This document shows positions 37,201 to 49,746 of a DNA stretch of 64,000 nucleotides, piece after piece. A program made the position numbers and the translations under genes. Source of the DNA: Cycas panzhihuaensis (taxonomy: Eukaryota; Plantae; Cycadophyta). The notes beneath the pieces were generated by a model, which saw nothing but the letters and a program-made list of their open reading frames with translations, did not search any database and was not told where the DNA came from. The DNA is taken from NCBI GenBank assembly GCA_023213395.1, contig CM041465.1, positions 120,225,741 through 120,289,740 on the forward strand, in the 5' to 3' direction. Position 1 is the first letter of the stretch, and each line of letters starts with the position of its first letter.

Positions 37201-40200
37201 GATATATTTAGAGATAGATTAGGGAAATATTAATACAAGAAGGTAAACATATTGCATTTTAGAGTAGGAAATTTAATTATAATAAAAGGATCATATATAT
37301 GCATGTATATATATGGTTGGCTAGTAAGGAGAAGTTAGAAATTATCCATGCCATTTCTAAGTAGAAATAATACTTGATAGGAAACAAATTTCAAATTAAA
37401 GAAGACTATGATAGCTTTAAATATTTTCTTAAATGGCCAATCTTATCTTACAAGTAACAAAAATAGATAAGTAAACTTAATGGTGTGATGATCCTTTCAA
37501 TAATACATGCATACAAGTAACAAGAAAATTCAGAACAAAAATAAAGCTACTTTTCTAGAACAGCATCTTCCTTAAAAAATTCTATCTTATATTCTAAAAA
37601 TTGAAAAGTATATAAATTTAAGGTTTGGCCATGAAAAAATTCTAACTAACATCTCCTCAAATTAGGAAATTGACTTGGACCAAAAAAGCCCTTAAATGAA
37701 AAACTTTATATTTTTAGTGAAATCCTAAATATTGCTATTTTTAGTTAATTTTTTAAAGTTCTTAATTTTACTTTAAAAATGACCCATAAGTAGTTAAATA
37801 TATCATGTGCCTCACAAAAATATTATAAACAAAAAAATTAATCACCTACTAAAGAAAGCGGTACTTATAAGATTTTATAAAATTAGAAAAGAAAAGTTTA
37901 AATTATAATTTTGGGCATGAAAATGATATTCTTTTGACCTAAACACAATTTGTAATGGCCTATAAAGTAGAGAATTCCTTTAAAGGATGATCAACTCTTT
38001 GAGACTATTATTTTAATATATGATAATCTATGTTTTTGTTCATATGGAAAAAGGTTATATTATTTCTAAGAAACTAATATTTTCTAGATGCTCCAGCATC
38101 ATGCTCCCTTACTTGAAAAGAGCTAAGCTCCTACAAGTTTGTACTAGAGTTCCTACTATTTGTCCAAATTAAGTTTCTTTAATTCACCTTTTAAAATTCA
38201 AGTATTGCCCTCCTACTATATCCCTCTCTATTAGACAAAATACCTATTAGAACTACCTTGTCTTATGTGAACTATTTTCTTATCTAGTATATGTTCAATT
38301 TCTTCCCTCTTCTTCCTTGGTATTTTTTGCCTCGAATTTACCTCTTCTTCTTGATTTGTTATCTTATTGTCCCCTTTATGGAAAGTATATATATTAGAAT
38401 CATTAAATATGGTTGAAATATCAAAGTTATGGGATAAATTCACCTCATAGGCATTGTCATTAATTTTCTTTACAATCTTATAGGGAACCATCTTCTTATA
38501 TTTCAACTTGTTATATGTAGCTCAAGGAAATCTATCCTTCCTTAAGTACTCCATCATTAAAACTCCTTATATAAATACCTTGCTTTTTCTACTTAGATAT
38601 GCTATTACCTTATTATTATTGTTTTATAAGTTTTTTCTCATCTCATCATGCACCTACCACATGTGTTCTATAAAAACTTCTATATTACCATTTATTCTAT
38701 CATTAAGATTCCTACCATACACAATTTAAAATGGTGACTTACTTGCAAGTCTATTTATAGAGTTGTCATAGGAAAACTTAGCCTGTACTAGTGCTAAGTC
38801 CCATTATTTTAGTTTCTTTCCAATAGTACATCTTAAAAGGTTTCTTAAACTTTTATTTACCACCTCTATTTGCCCATTAGTTTTTAGATAGCAAGCACTA
38901 CTAAATTATAGATTTATCCCTAATTTCTTCCATAATGTTCTCTATATATGACTAAGAAACTTGTTATCTCTATTTGAAGTGATAATATTTGGTACCCCAT
39001 ATAACTTAATAGCCTCTTTAAAAATAAACTTGTTATTCTTATTACATCACTAGTCTTTTTGTATATAATAAAATGAGCCATCTTTAAACATATATCCATA
39101 GCAATAAATATGAAGTCATTATCTCATAAGGTCTTTGGTAATCCCAACATAAAATCCATACTTAAATTTGTCCATGGTACTTTATCCACTTGACAAATCT
39201 TATACCTTACTAGTTACTTTGTTACATTATGCTTGATCTTTAGCCAAAAGTACTTCTCCTCTATCAAAGCTATGGTCTTATTTCTATTAAAGTGTCATCT
39301 AAGATCTCTACTATATAATTCCCTCTTAATATTATTCCTCATAGACCTAATTAGAATGCATAAATATTTTCCCTTAAATAGGTATCCATCCTGCATAAAA
39401 TAGTCATCATATTTAGACCCATTCCCATTAATTAAGGGATTCTTGTAATATTCCATAGCTTTGCTAAGATCTAGATCAATATCATATGGTTCCTTTAAAG
39501 TATAAAATCTATCCAATTCATTTACTATAATGGTTAATAATATTACCCTTCTACTCAAATACATCAATGATTTAATTTTATTTTCTTATTTTAAGCTTAA
39601 GATAAAAGTAAAGGCTTGTAAATGCAATACCCACTTTGCATGTCTAATATCTAATTTTTTTTGCATGTTTACATATCTTAAGACTTAATGATATGTAAAT
39701 AAGATAAACTCCTTAGGCACAAGATAGTGCCTCTAATACCTTAATACATGCAAAATGATATAGAATTCTATATCATAAGTAGAATACTTTTTCCTTATCT
39801 CATCTAATTTCTCCTTGTAATATGATATTGGCCTTTCTTCTTGACTTAATATGACTCCAATAACTACATGTGAAGCATTATAATTAACTTTAAATACTTT
39901 TCTAAAATCTAATATTGCTAATATAAGTGTCTCTATCACCTTTTACTTCATCATCTTCAAACTTTATTATGATACCTTGATTTAAATAAACTCCTTTCCT
40001 TTTATACAATCTATTAAAGGGTTAGTGATGCCACTAAAATTTCTAATCAACTTCCTCTAAAATATGGATAAGCCAGAGAAGCTCCTCATATTTGTTACAC
40101 TCTTAGGTATATGCCATTCAATAATGCCTTTAATCTTCCCCTGATCTATATGTAGTCCATCTTAAGATATTAAAACACGAAAAATACTAGATTACTCTTC

Positions 40201-42507
40201 ATAAACTTATATTTCTTTAGGTTTGTACATAGCTTCTTCACCCTTAATATATCTAATATCATCCTTAGGTGTAATAAGTAGTACTCTCAGTTTTACTGAA
40301 TACCAAAATATCATCAAAATAGACACTTATAAAATTAGTAATACATGGTTATAAAATGGTGTTTATTAACCTCCTAAATGTACTCAGGGCATTTGGTATA
40401 TTGAACGGTATGATTAGCCACTCATACAACCCATCTCTTATTTTGAAGGTCATCTTCTATTTATCCCTTTTTCATTTTTAAATTTGATAATAAGCACTTC
40501 TTAGGTTGATTTTGGTGAAATAGTTTATACTTGCCAAAACATCTAATGTGTCATCCATTTGAGGGATGAGGAATTTATACTTGGCTATGGTTTTGTTGAT
40601 TACCCTATAATCAATAAACATCCTCTAAGAACCATCTTTCTTTTGGATTAGAAGTGCATAAGTTAAACATGGACTCATGCTCACTCTCACTATATCTTTT
40701 TGTATAAACCTACCTACCTTCATTTTAATTCTATATTCTGTACTAGACTTATTTGATAGGGTATTTGATTTAGTAAAGAAGACCCCAAAATCAGGTTAAT
40801 ATGATATTAGATGTCCCTCATAGGTGAAAACCCATATGATAACTCACTTGGCATCATATTTACATATTCTACTAGTATGCATACTACCTCATATGATACT
40901 TGTATATCTCTATCCTTAACCTTCCTTGTCATTAAGGTATAATATATAGTAGTCAATTTTACTTCTTTCAAGATTTTTTTGTTGTCAATATAAACTTTTC
41001 CTACCCTTCTTCCCTCATAAGAAATAATACTGCCTTTACACCATTTTTTAAGAAAATGTAAGTATTTTTCTTTCTATCATGATAAGCAAATCTATCATAT
41101 TACCATGGCCTCCTTAATAACACATGGTATGCATCCATTAGAAGTGCATCATACCATACCTCATTGTTATACATATGTCTAATGGCAAATTTCACTAAAC
41201 ATCTCTTATCCATTGCTACATCACTCCCTTTCTTCACCTAAGAAATTCTATATGGAGTAGGATACCTTGTACAATGCAATCTTAGTTTTTTAACCATCTC
41301 ATTAGAGGCCATATTTTCATAACTTCCACTATCTATAATAACTTTGCAAACCTTACCTTCTAAGGTGCATCTCATTTGGAAGATATTGTTACTTAACTAC
41401 AAATTATCATTTACCTTCACTTTCCCTTTTTCCTGCACTTGATCTTGTCTTGGAGTAATCAAGATTATCCTCAACACCAAGTTCTTCCTAATGTTTACTA
41501 TAATTCTATAGGTTGTTTCTCTACTTATGCTAAGTTTACTCTTGGTTGCTCCTCTTGATTTATTAGTTGCTTATAATGATAAAGATATTTATATGCCTTG
41601 TGGCCTTATTCATTATATCTAAAGTAGATAATGGGCCTCATTGGGGTATTACCTCCTCTACTAAAGCCTTAACCCTTATATAGTCTTTGGAAGTCTCTAC
41701 CTCTTGGCTAATTTTATAAATCCCTTTCCTCTTATCTCCTTAGAGTCACACCCTACCTCTCTATCTAATTAGGTGATTCCTTATAGGAATAGTTAAAGTG
41801 AACCTTACCTCCAAATAGAGGTGATGATTTCTATATTATCATAGGTTAATTTTAAGTAGGATTTCTATTGTGTTTCTCCTTTATCTTTAATATAAAATGA
41901 TAAACATCTTTAATGCTATTAATTCTAATCATGCTAAGTTCATCCTAGATGGAAAGCTTTAAGATATTTACATACTTAGAATTTATCTTTTCTTATGTTT
42001 CTTCATGCTCCATCCTAATAGATAGCTTATAAAATTGATCTATATAGTCTTAGATACCCATCTCTCTTCGCCTCAAGTTTGGAAATGTTTAGAACAAAGT
42101 TTTAGAGTAGTTCACTAGAAGTAATTTCTACCCTACTTTCTTTACCATCTTACTCCAAGTTCTAATCTTATCCTTCATTTTCTTACCCTCTCCTTCTACA
42201 GATGATCCTACAATATTATTTTATGACCTCTCAACTTAGTATATATAATTTTTACTTTATTTGCCTCTATCATTTCCTTCTATTCAAATATCTTTTTTAT
42301 ATTATTTAACTAAGCAATTAATTCTTCAGGGTTTAAGTTACTTCCATACTCTGAAATATCAAGCTTCACTCCATTATTCTTTTCTTTTAGTACTCTCAGT
42401 TCCTCTTTTTATAAGATGGTGGTTCGTAAGGTCCTACTTCCTTAGGCTATATTTTGGCTTCTAGTTCTATTTCTACATCATTATTATATCTTCTTAGACC
42501 TTATCCA

Positions 42508-45500
42508 TATTAGATTATAATGTTTAATTTATGAAATATATATTAAGGGTCCTATTATTATAGTTAGGATTAGTTATAACTTAATATTATGAACCTAGGT
42601 GTATGGGGTTTATTATGCACACACTAGTTTGTAACGTCATTGTAACATTAATTATAAAATGTGCTATATGTCACCTTACATAATCAACTCATTGTATTCT
42701 TTAGAATGGTTTTACAATGTTAGATATATACACTCAATATTTAATATATCAATAGATTAATACTAGTTTAATTGTTATTTATTTTTGTTTCTCATATATT
42801 AAGCGTATATTAATTGTGTGCATTTTTATAATTTGGTATCAGAGCTAGTTTTAAGAGGCAGCCATCCTTGTGATAGCACCTCTTAAAAGTAGGGATATGT
42901 ATGTGTCTAAGAGGAGTAGAGGAGGAGATATTACTATTAATAGATGGGGCTTTGAACCTCCTAGTGCTATGCACTAAGCATCTTAAGTAACCTCAATCGT
43001 CGATCTCCTTATTAGTTGTTAAAGGAGAGATATGATGAATACAATATTTCTTAAAGAAAAATGCCAGAAAGAGAAGATAAATAAGAAGAAAAGTAAGGTA
43101 GAGGGGGCCAAATGCATAATCTTGAGCATCAAAGTTACTGCTCTCATTAAGTAGTAATGCATATTATCCCTCAGATACGTGTTGCTTCTCATAAAACTAT
43201 TTGTTAATCAATAATGTAAACCCACTATAACTTCCTCTTTGCCTTAGACCTCTCTATCTCCCACAAAATTAACCCACACTAGCTTGATTAAATAAGGTAG
43301 CATCTTGCAGTAGATCAGGAACCATGAGGTAGAACCAGACTCAAAGGTTTTGACATCCTTGCCCCTAAAATTATAGGTGAAATTATTTACTTTTATGAAA
43401 TCAAATCATAGATCACATGAGATCAAGCGCAACTTTGACAATCGACATGGCAGTGACGTGAGACTCACTCTAAGGAGTAAAGATAATCATGTTGTCACAC
43501 TTGATCTATATTTAGAGGTGTTAATTACACAAAGTTAGTACTTTTATTCTAAGCTCTTGAAATGTCCATCAATAGATGAACTTATTGTCGGTCCCCCTTA
43601 GTATGTACAAGGTATGTGATTATATCAATTTGAAGAGTTATTAGTATACATTAGTTATTCATGAAGATAAGGGTTGTGTTAGGGCTTCTAGGGCCTAAAA
43701 TTGTATAGGTTTTAAGCATTTTAAAGGATCATGGATTAATCATAATAAGTCTCTTGGGCTTATCAACTTCTTTTTCTATGGCTAAGACCTCTATTATGAC
43801 ATTGTAGCCCTTAAAGTTTCAGGATTTGGTAGAAAAAGAACCTAAGGATAGAGTTTTTAAATGCTTCATGAGGATGTTACTTGATTTTTTTACAACCAAT
43901 TTTATTAGCATAACTATAGCAAACATTGAAACAAGAACATTGTTCAGTGAAGTTATAATCAATATAGTAATTGGAGTTATAGCAATTATTATTTTATTGC
44001 TTACATAAATTACTCTAAAAAGTATAGTCATTTATAATGCAACAAAAGTGGCATGCTTTGTGGTGAGACTGGTAGTCTAACTTTCCTTGGGATTATATCT
44101 AATTAGAAGAGTTGTGACAACTTTATTTATGAGCATTCTAAAGATGTTGGGATTGAAGAGTAGAAGTGAACCCTTTATTATTGAGGAGGAGTCAAGTTGA
44201 TGTTGAGTGATGCGAGCTAGTGGGGTAATTGAGGAAGAAGAGCAAGATATGATTGAGAACGTTTTAGAAATAAAGGACACTTATGTGTGATAGGTAATGA
44301 TTCCTTTAGTAGATGTAATTGCCATTAACATTAACACTACCCTTATGGATTTTTGTAATCTATGGGAGACCCAACAATATTCTAAGTCCATGTTTTTGAA
44401 CCATGTGTTGATAATATAGTTAGGATAACATATGTAATGGGCATACCAGGTTATGTTGAATAGGTAGAGCTTTTGGAAAAGTTAATTGTTGGTCAAATTA
44501 TACATAAGACATCTTATTTTATTCCTAATTTAATGTTAGTTTGGAATTTACTAAGAGAAATCTAGATTAGGAAGGGGTTTGAATATGCAATCTACAAACA
44601 TAATGGTTATATATGATCTTGATCTAAATCCTAAAAATGAAGAGCATGAAGTAGTTAAGGCTCATTGTATTGGTCAGAAGAGAGAGGTGAGAGTTATTTA
44701 TATGGGACCTATTGTAGAGATGATATCTAGCTATAAAACAGAAGATAAGCTAAGGATTAGAGGGGATGGTAGATATGTAAGATAATTTAGCTGGTAAAGA
44801 TTAATATATGGGGTTTGTTAAAAGCCTTATCTATAATAACATTTAGCAATATAAGATTGATGTGGAAAATAGATCTAATAAATCCCATGAATTGGGTCTT
44901 ATTGGAGATGTGCTAACATCATCTAGTCTATTAATCAATCAATTCAATAGCACTATAAAGGCTTGCTTTTAACTTTGAGGTTATTATAGAAGGCATTGAC
45001 TAGGCTACATTAGGACCTAATATATATGTATTCCATCTTTTTACTATTAATATATTAAAGTTATTACTGCTATTACAATAGCCATGTTTAATAAATTTGT
45101 AGGAATAAAGATGTGTTTCCTATACTTTATTATCATAGATTATTCTAGGTTATATAGATATTAAGTTTAGAGACATAAATAATTTGCCCTTCTCATCACT
45201 ATTAATAATGGTATTTTTTTCTTCTTTTTGTAGAAGATAGCATAAATGCCACTTCCTTCACTTAAGGATATATTGACATTTTATTACCTAATACAATTGG
45301 TGTTCTATCTAATAAGTGTACCATTACTTTCGTTCTCTTGGCATGCGCCAATTTGACATCTAAAACATGTAATGATAATAATATAGATGATATTCACAAA
45401 ATGTTTGACAAAATATCCAAGTAAACTATAGTAGTAAGGATTGATTTTAGGATATGCATAGATGAGGATTGACTACTTAATGGCTAGTTCTTACATCTAC

Positions 45501-45884
45501 TTCAATTGATTGAGATTCATCCCAATCAAAGGAATGTTAAAATAATAGAGGTTATATTTGTAAGAAATTAAACATTATGAGGGATGTTAGAATATAATGT
45601 TTAATTTATGAGATATATATTAAAGGCCTTATTGTTATAGTTGGCATTTAGTGTTGTGAACCTAGGTGTGTGGGGTCTATTATGGGCATACTATTTTGTA
45701 ACATCATTATAACGTTGATCATATAAAGTACTATGTATCACCTTACATGGTCAACTCCTATATTCTTTAAAATGGTTTTATAATACTATATATACATAGT
45801 CAATATTTAATATATTAATAGATCAATACGAGTTTGGTTGTTATTTATTTTGTTTCACAAATATTGGGTGTGTGTATTTTTATA
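42508..45884 (+). mobile_element. Small non-autonomous LTR element (TRIM/LARD-like, 3.4 kb) nested in the CRM-like gag region
   Basis: LTRs 42508-42830 and 45585-45884. PBS TGGTATCAGAGC at 42834-42845; PPT TGAGGGA before 45585. TSD ATCCA/GTCCA. No RT or IN motifs recognisable internally. Confidence 0.88.
45273..45467 (+). pseudogene. Captured PLS-class pentatricopeptide-repeat gene fragment
   Basis: With frameshifts it reads LTFYYLIQL/GVLSNKCTITFVLLACANLTS...IDDIHKMFDKISK*TIV/ILGYA*. This resembles the PPR consensus ALxLxxxMxxxGVxPDxxTFxxVLxACAxL and IDDARxVFDKM...MIxGYA. Confidence 0.65.
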
Positions 45885-48800
45885 GTCCATTGCTCATAAG
45901 GATCTCTTATTACCTCGTCACCACCTTTGTAGCTCTCACATGCTTCTATCTAATTGGATTAGTATCTCTCTATCCATCTTGGCTATTAAGTTGTTTACTT
46001 TGTTCCTAGAAACACTTTCAATCTACCTTTAATAATTCTCAAATAGATTTAACAAAGAAAACATAAAACTCGCTAATAATTTACCACAAACTTCTTCTTT
46101 CTCTCTTTTTAGAGATGAAATGAGTTCTAATACGAAATGAAGGTGATAATCCCTTTAATAATATATACATGTAAGTAATAAGAAAATTTAAAACATAAAT
46201 AAAGCCAATTTTCTAGAAGAATACCTTCCTTGAAAATTTCTATCTTTTATTCTAAAATTAAAAAAAATATTTTTTTTACAATCTAAAAGTATATAAATTC
46301 AAGGTATTTGTCATATAAAATTCCTAACTACCATCTCCTAAAGTAAAACACCAACTTAGAGTAAAAAAACTCTTAAATAAAAAAAAAAATATTTTTAGTA
46401 AAATTTTTAAAATTCTTTATTTCACCAAAAAATTATCCTATGGGTATTTAAACAAATTTTATTTATTTTTATTTTTTTTAATTTTTATTTTTATTTTTTG
46501 GTCTAAACATGAGTTACAATGGCATGTAAAGCATTGAACTACTTTAGAGGATGATCAACTCTCTAAGATAGTCATTTTGATATATGATAGTTTATACTTT
46601 TGTTCACATAACAAAAACTTTTATCATTTCTAAGATATTAGTATTTTTTATGTGCTCCTATATTAAAACTATGAGCATATGATTTTGAAATAGTTTATAA
46701 AAAGGGACAGAAAAATACTATTGAAAATAAGCTCTCTATGTTAGATGAAAATAACTCATGATATGCAATGTTGATTTCAACAAGATCTTAGATAGAGGAA
46801 GTGAAACATAAATAGTCTTAGGTTAAGAAAACTAATCTCTTATCTAAATATTACAAGAAATTTATTCTAATAAAAAGAATATTGAATGGGAAAAGTATAT
46901 TCTTAGCATAAATGAAAGGAAAGATATACTTAACATCTATATCTAAATTATAAACCATCATCTTATATAAATGTCATTCTTCCTTAATAGAAGGATACAT
47001 TGGTACTATAAGACTTATTGCAAGATCAAGAACTCTTTTGATTAGTGGGGCAAAAAAGATGTCCATAGGTTTTAATTAGAATATGAGACATGCTTGAGGT
47101 TAAAAAGAAAAAGTTTAATTAATACAGATTAATTGAAATGATATTCTAATAGATTATAATTGAATAAAAAGGATATAATAGTTATTGAATAACTAAGAAA
47201 TAATAGTATATAATATAATATCAATATAATGGTAATTAATGACAAATAATATATAATAAATGACTAATATTAGATAAATAATAAAAGAGAGTGATGATAG
47301 TAATGAGGTTTCACAAGGTGGAAATTAATTCTTCATAAATAAAACTAAATATAACCACAATCTAAAGCAAGACTTGTATATATTTATGAATATGAATTAT
47401 ATTTAGAGTTTACTTCTATAACTAATATAATTTCTAAAACTGAACTTCTATATTTTAGGTTTATTATAATTTCCCCCTTTTTAAGATACTTCTAGAAGAG
47501 GTTAATGTATTAAGATCATTTGTGTAGATTAATTATGTGACCTTAGGACATATTATTAGCATTAGTCTCTTAATGAAATGCACTTTATGTGCATTTAGAT
47601 GTAATTTCAGGTTTATATCATTAGGCAGGAAAATACTAAACCTAATTCTCACCCTTAATAATAAAAGGTGAAATATCAAGGAGGGAGTTATTATTCATTC
47701 TCACCTCCAAGCTTGCTCTCATATATTGTTTCATCTCTTTTTCATTCTCCATTGTCTTTGTATACATGTGAGTGATTTGTTCCCTAAATCCATCCTTCCT
47801 TCATGTGGTATCAGAGTTAGAAGGAGATCTATTCACTCCATTCCAGTTGTATGGAGTCATTTTGCCTCTCCTTCACTTTCAATGTGAAGTATTGAGAGTG
47901 CATTCATCATTTTTAACATCTTGAGAGCTCAAAATCATAGTACTTTGTATGTTGATATTTTCTATATATGTGCAAAAATTTAGAGGTGAAGAATACATAT
48001 TTTTGAAGTTATTCAACTGTCGGAACAATCCCAAAAGCATTAAAGGCCTACAATTTCATGAAAGTTTTAACTATCTTAGATTTTGATGAAATTTGACATA
48101 CAAGGTCACCTTGACTAGGGGATCATTTTCATCTTCTAGAACAACTTTAGATTTAACCTGAATCAGTGAGATTTAGTTGAGACAAAAGGGTAAAATTTAC
48201 GGATAAGTGATTTAAGGCACTTTTCCTAATAGAATCCTTTAATTATAAGCTAAAAATCTAAAAGTTTTATTAAGGGATCTGGTAGATTTATGTCTTAGGA
48301 TTAGTTTAAGATAAATCTTATCAAATTTCATCTACTAGTTAGTGAGATCTATGCAGTTTTTTCACAGTTGCCAAATTTGCCTATTCAACTCTATAAAAGA
48401 TATTGTGAGGGAATTTCGAGTAATTTTTTTGCTGATTTTAGAGATGGTGTAGAAGGAAAAGTTGATGTATGTATCAAAATGTAACTTTTGACATATTGAA
48501 GTTTAGATTTTGAGATAGTGGATCTAGCAGGATTTTGCTTTTATGCTTTTACAGGCAGAACATTTTTTGTGCCTTTTTAGAAATCTGACTTCATAACTCT
48601 ATCAAAAATGACATTCTGAACACTTTTTCCTTCTGTCATAAATTCAAATTTCATCACTTAGACCTTCATATTTGTAATCTTTAAAAAATTATACCTATTT
48701 ATCATTAGTTATAAATTTTATGAAAAAATCATAAAATAGGATAAAATAGTATGCATATAGATTTAAAGAAATCAATATTTTAGTGGCAAGTTGATTAGAT

Positions 48801-49746
48801 TTTTAGCCCATTGTGTCTTTTGTATCAAAACTTCCAAAAACATATTTGGAAACATTGTACTAAAGTAAGGGAAACCATGGATCAGAGGTAACATCAGATT
48901 TCGCTGCTAAATCTAGCATGCTTTTTCTATTTATACACATAGCATAAAGTATCACATAAAGCAACAACAATAAAAAAATAAGCACAAAAAATAAGTAAGC
49001 ATATTTGACAACTTTCTATTTCAGTTTTTCAATTATTTAGAAATATCTTATATTATTCCTAAAAGGAATCTCATTCGTATGATCTATACTGCCAGTTCTT
49101 GACTTGTGTGCACACTCGTCTTGGTTAAAATAGACCAAGGTTGGTCGATGTCCAATCCTTACGAGAGGTGTGAGTTTCATACGGGGTCTAGTCTTAATCG
49201 AAATAGTGGTGGAGGGATAGGTTAGCCATACCTACGGCCTTCAATCGGGGATAATCCTGATAACCACCTGGAAAAACTGAAAACCTTAATGCAAGATTAA
49301 AATTAACTTGATCTAATATCTGTCATAGCCGTGGGTGCAATATTGTTTGACTCTTTAGAGGAGGTATATAGCTACCCGCTAGTAAACTAAGCGAGGACTG
49401 GGAGTACCTGGGCTCCACTGTGACTTGGATTTCATCAGCAAGTGCAGGTGTAGGTATCACGGGTGAAGGCCTTAATCGTATACTAGAAGCCTTAGGCATC
49501 GAAACCTCACCTATATTTGGACATAAATGAAAGGTTAATGGCATCATACATCACCACTCTTTGTTAACTCTATATTAGGCCTCATTCTTACATCATTGCT
49601 TATACTTATAGTTGTTAAAAAATACTTAATTATTGCTTGCTTCTCATCATAGAATTCATTTCTATATCCTTGCTATGCCAGGTGTATTAGCCATATATGT
49701 CAGTGGCAGATACTTCTATCATCTCTTTTACTTCTTCATCATCACC

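Larger units (their letters stand above)
37478..46665 (-). mobile_element. Decayed CRM-clade-like chromovirus LTR retrotransposon
   Basis: LTRs ~37478-38101 and 46138-46665 with TGAT/ATCA-type ends, partly mutated. TSD AAACT (37473-37477, 46666-46670). Degenerate Met PBS at 46135-46124; PPT AAGGGAG next to 38101. Protease NIFQMRCTLEGKVCKVIIDSGSYEN (~41390-41315); RT YFDDILVFS; IN tail KINDNAYEVNL...ISTIFN; chromodomain-like IEHILDKK...RYFV. Confidence 0.88.
36200..47140 (+). mobile_element. Ancient Ty3 chromovirus-type (Reina/Tekay-like) RT-RH-IN remnant, split by the 37478-46665 insertion
   Basis: RT: VDY*PLNK, LDELHGVQYFTKIDFQSSYYQ, YKFKVMSFDLTN, FILVFFDDILIYS. RH: IAF*SRKF. The sequence ISKL (to 37477) resumes as *AYDFEIVYKKGQKN (from ~46670), followed by a decayed integrase Zn-finger region. 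Confidence 0.85.

Noticed and set aside
49250-49445. Hammerhead ribozyme/retrozyme core (CTGATAA...GAAA on plus; CTGATGAA on minus)
   Set aside because: I could not assemble a complete CUGANGA/GAAA/UH core with three stems. The GAAAACCC hairpins at 54358-54513 also lack the CUGANGA strand.
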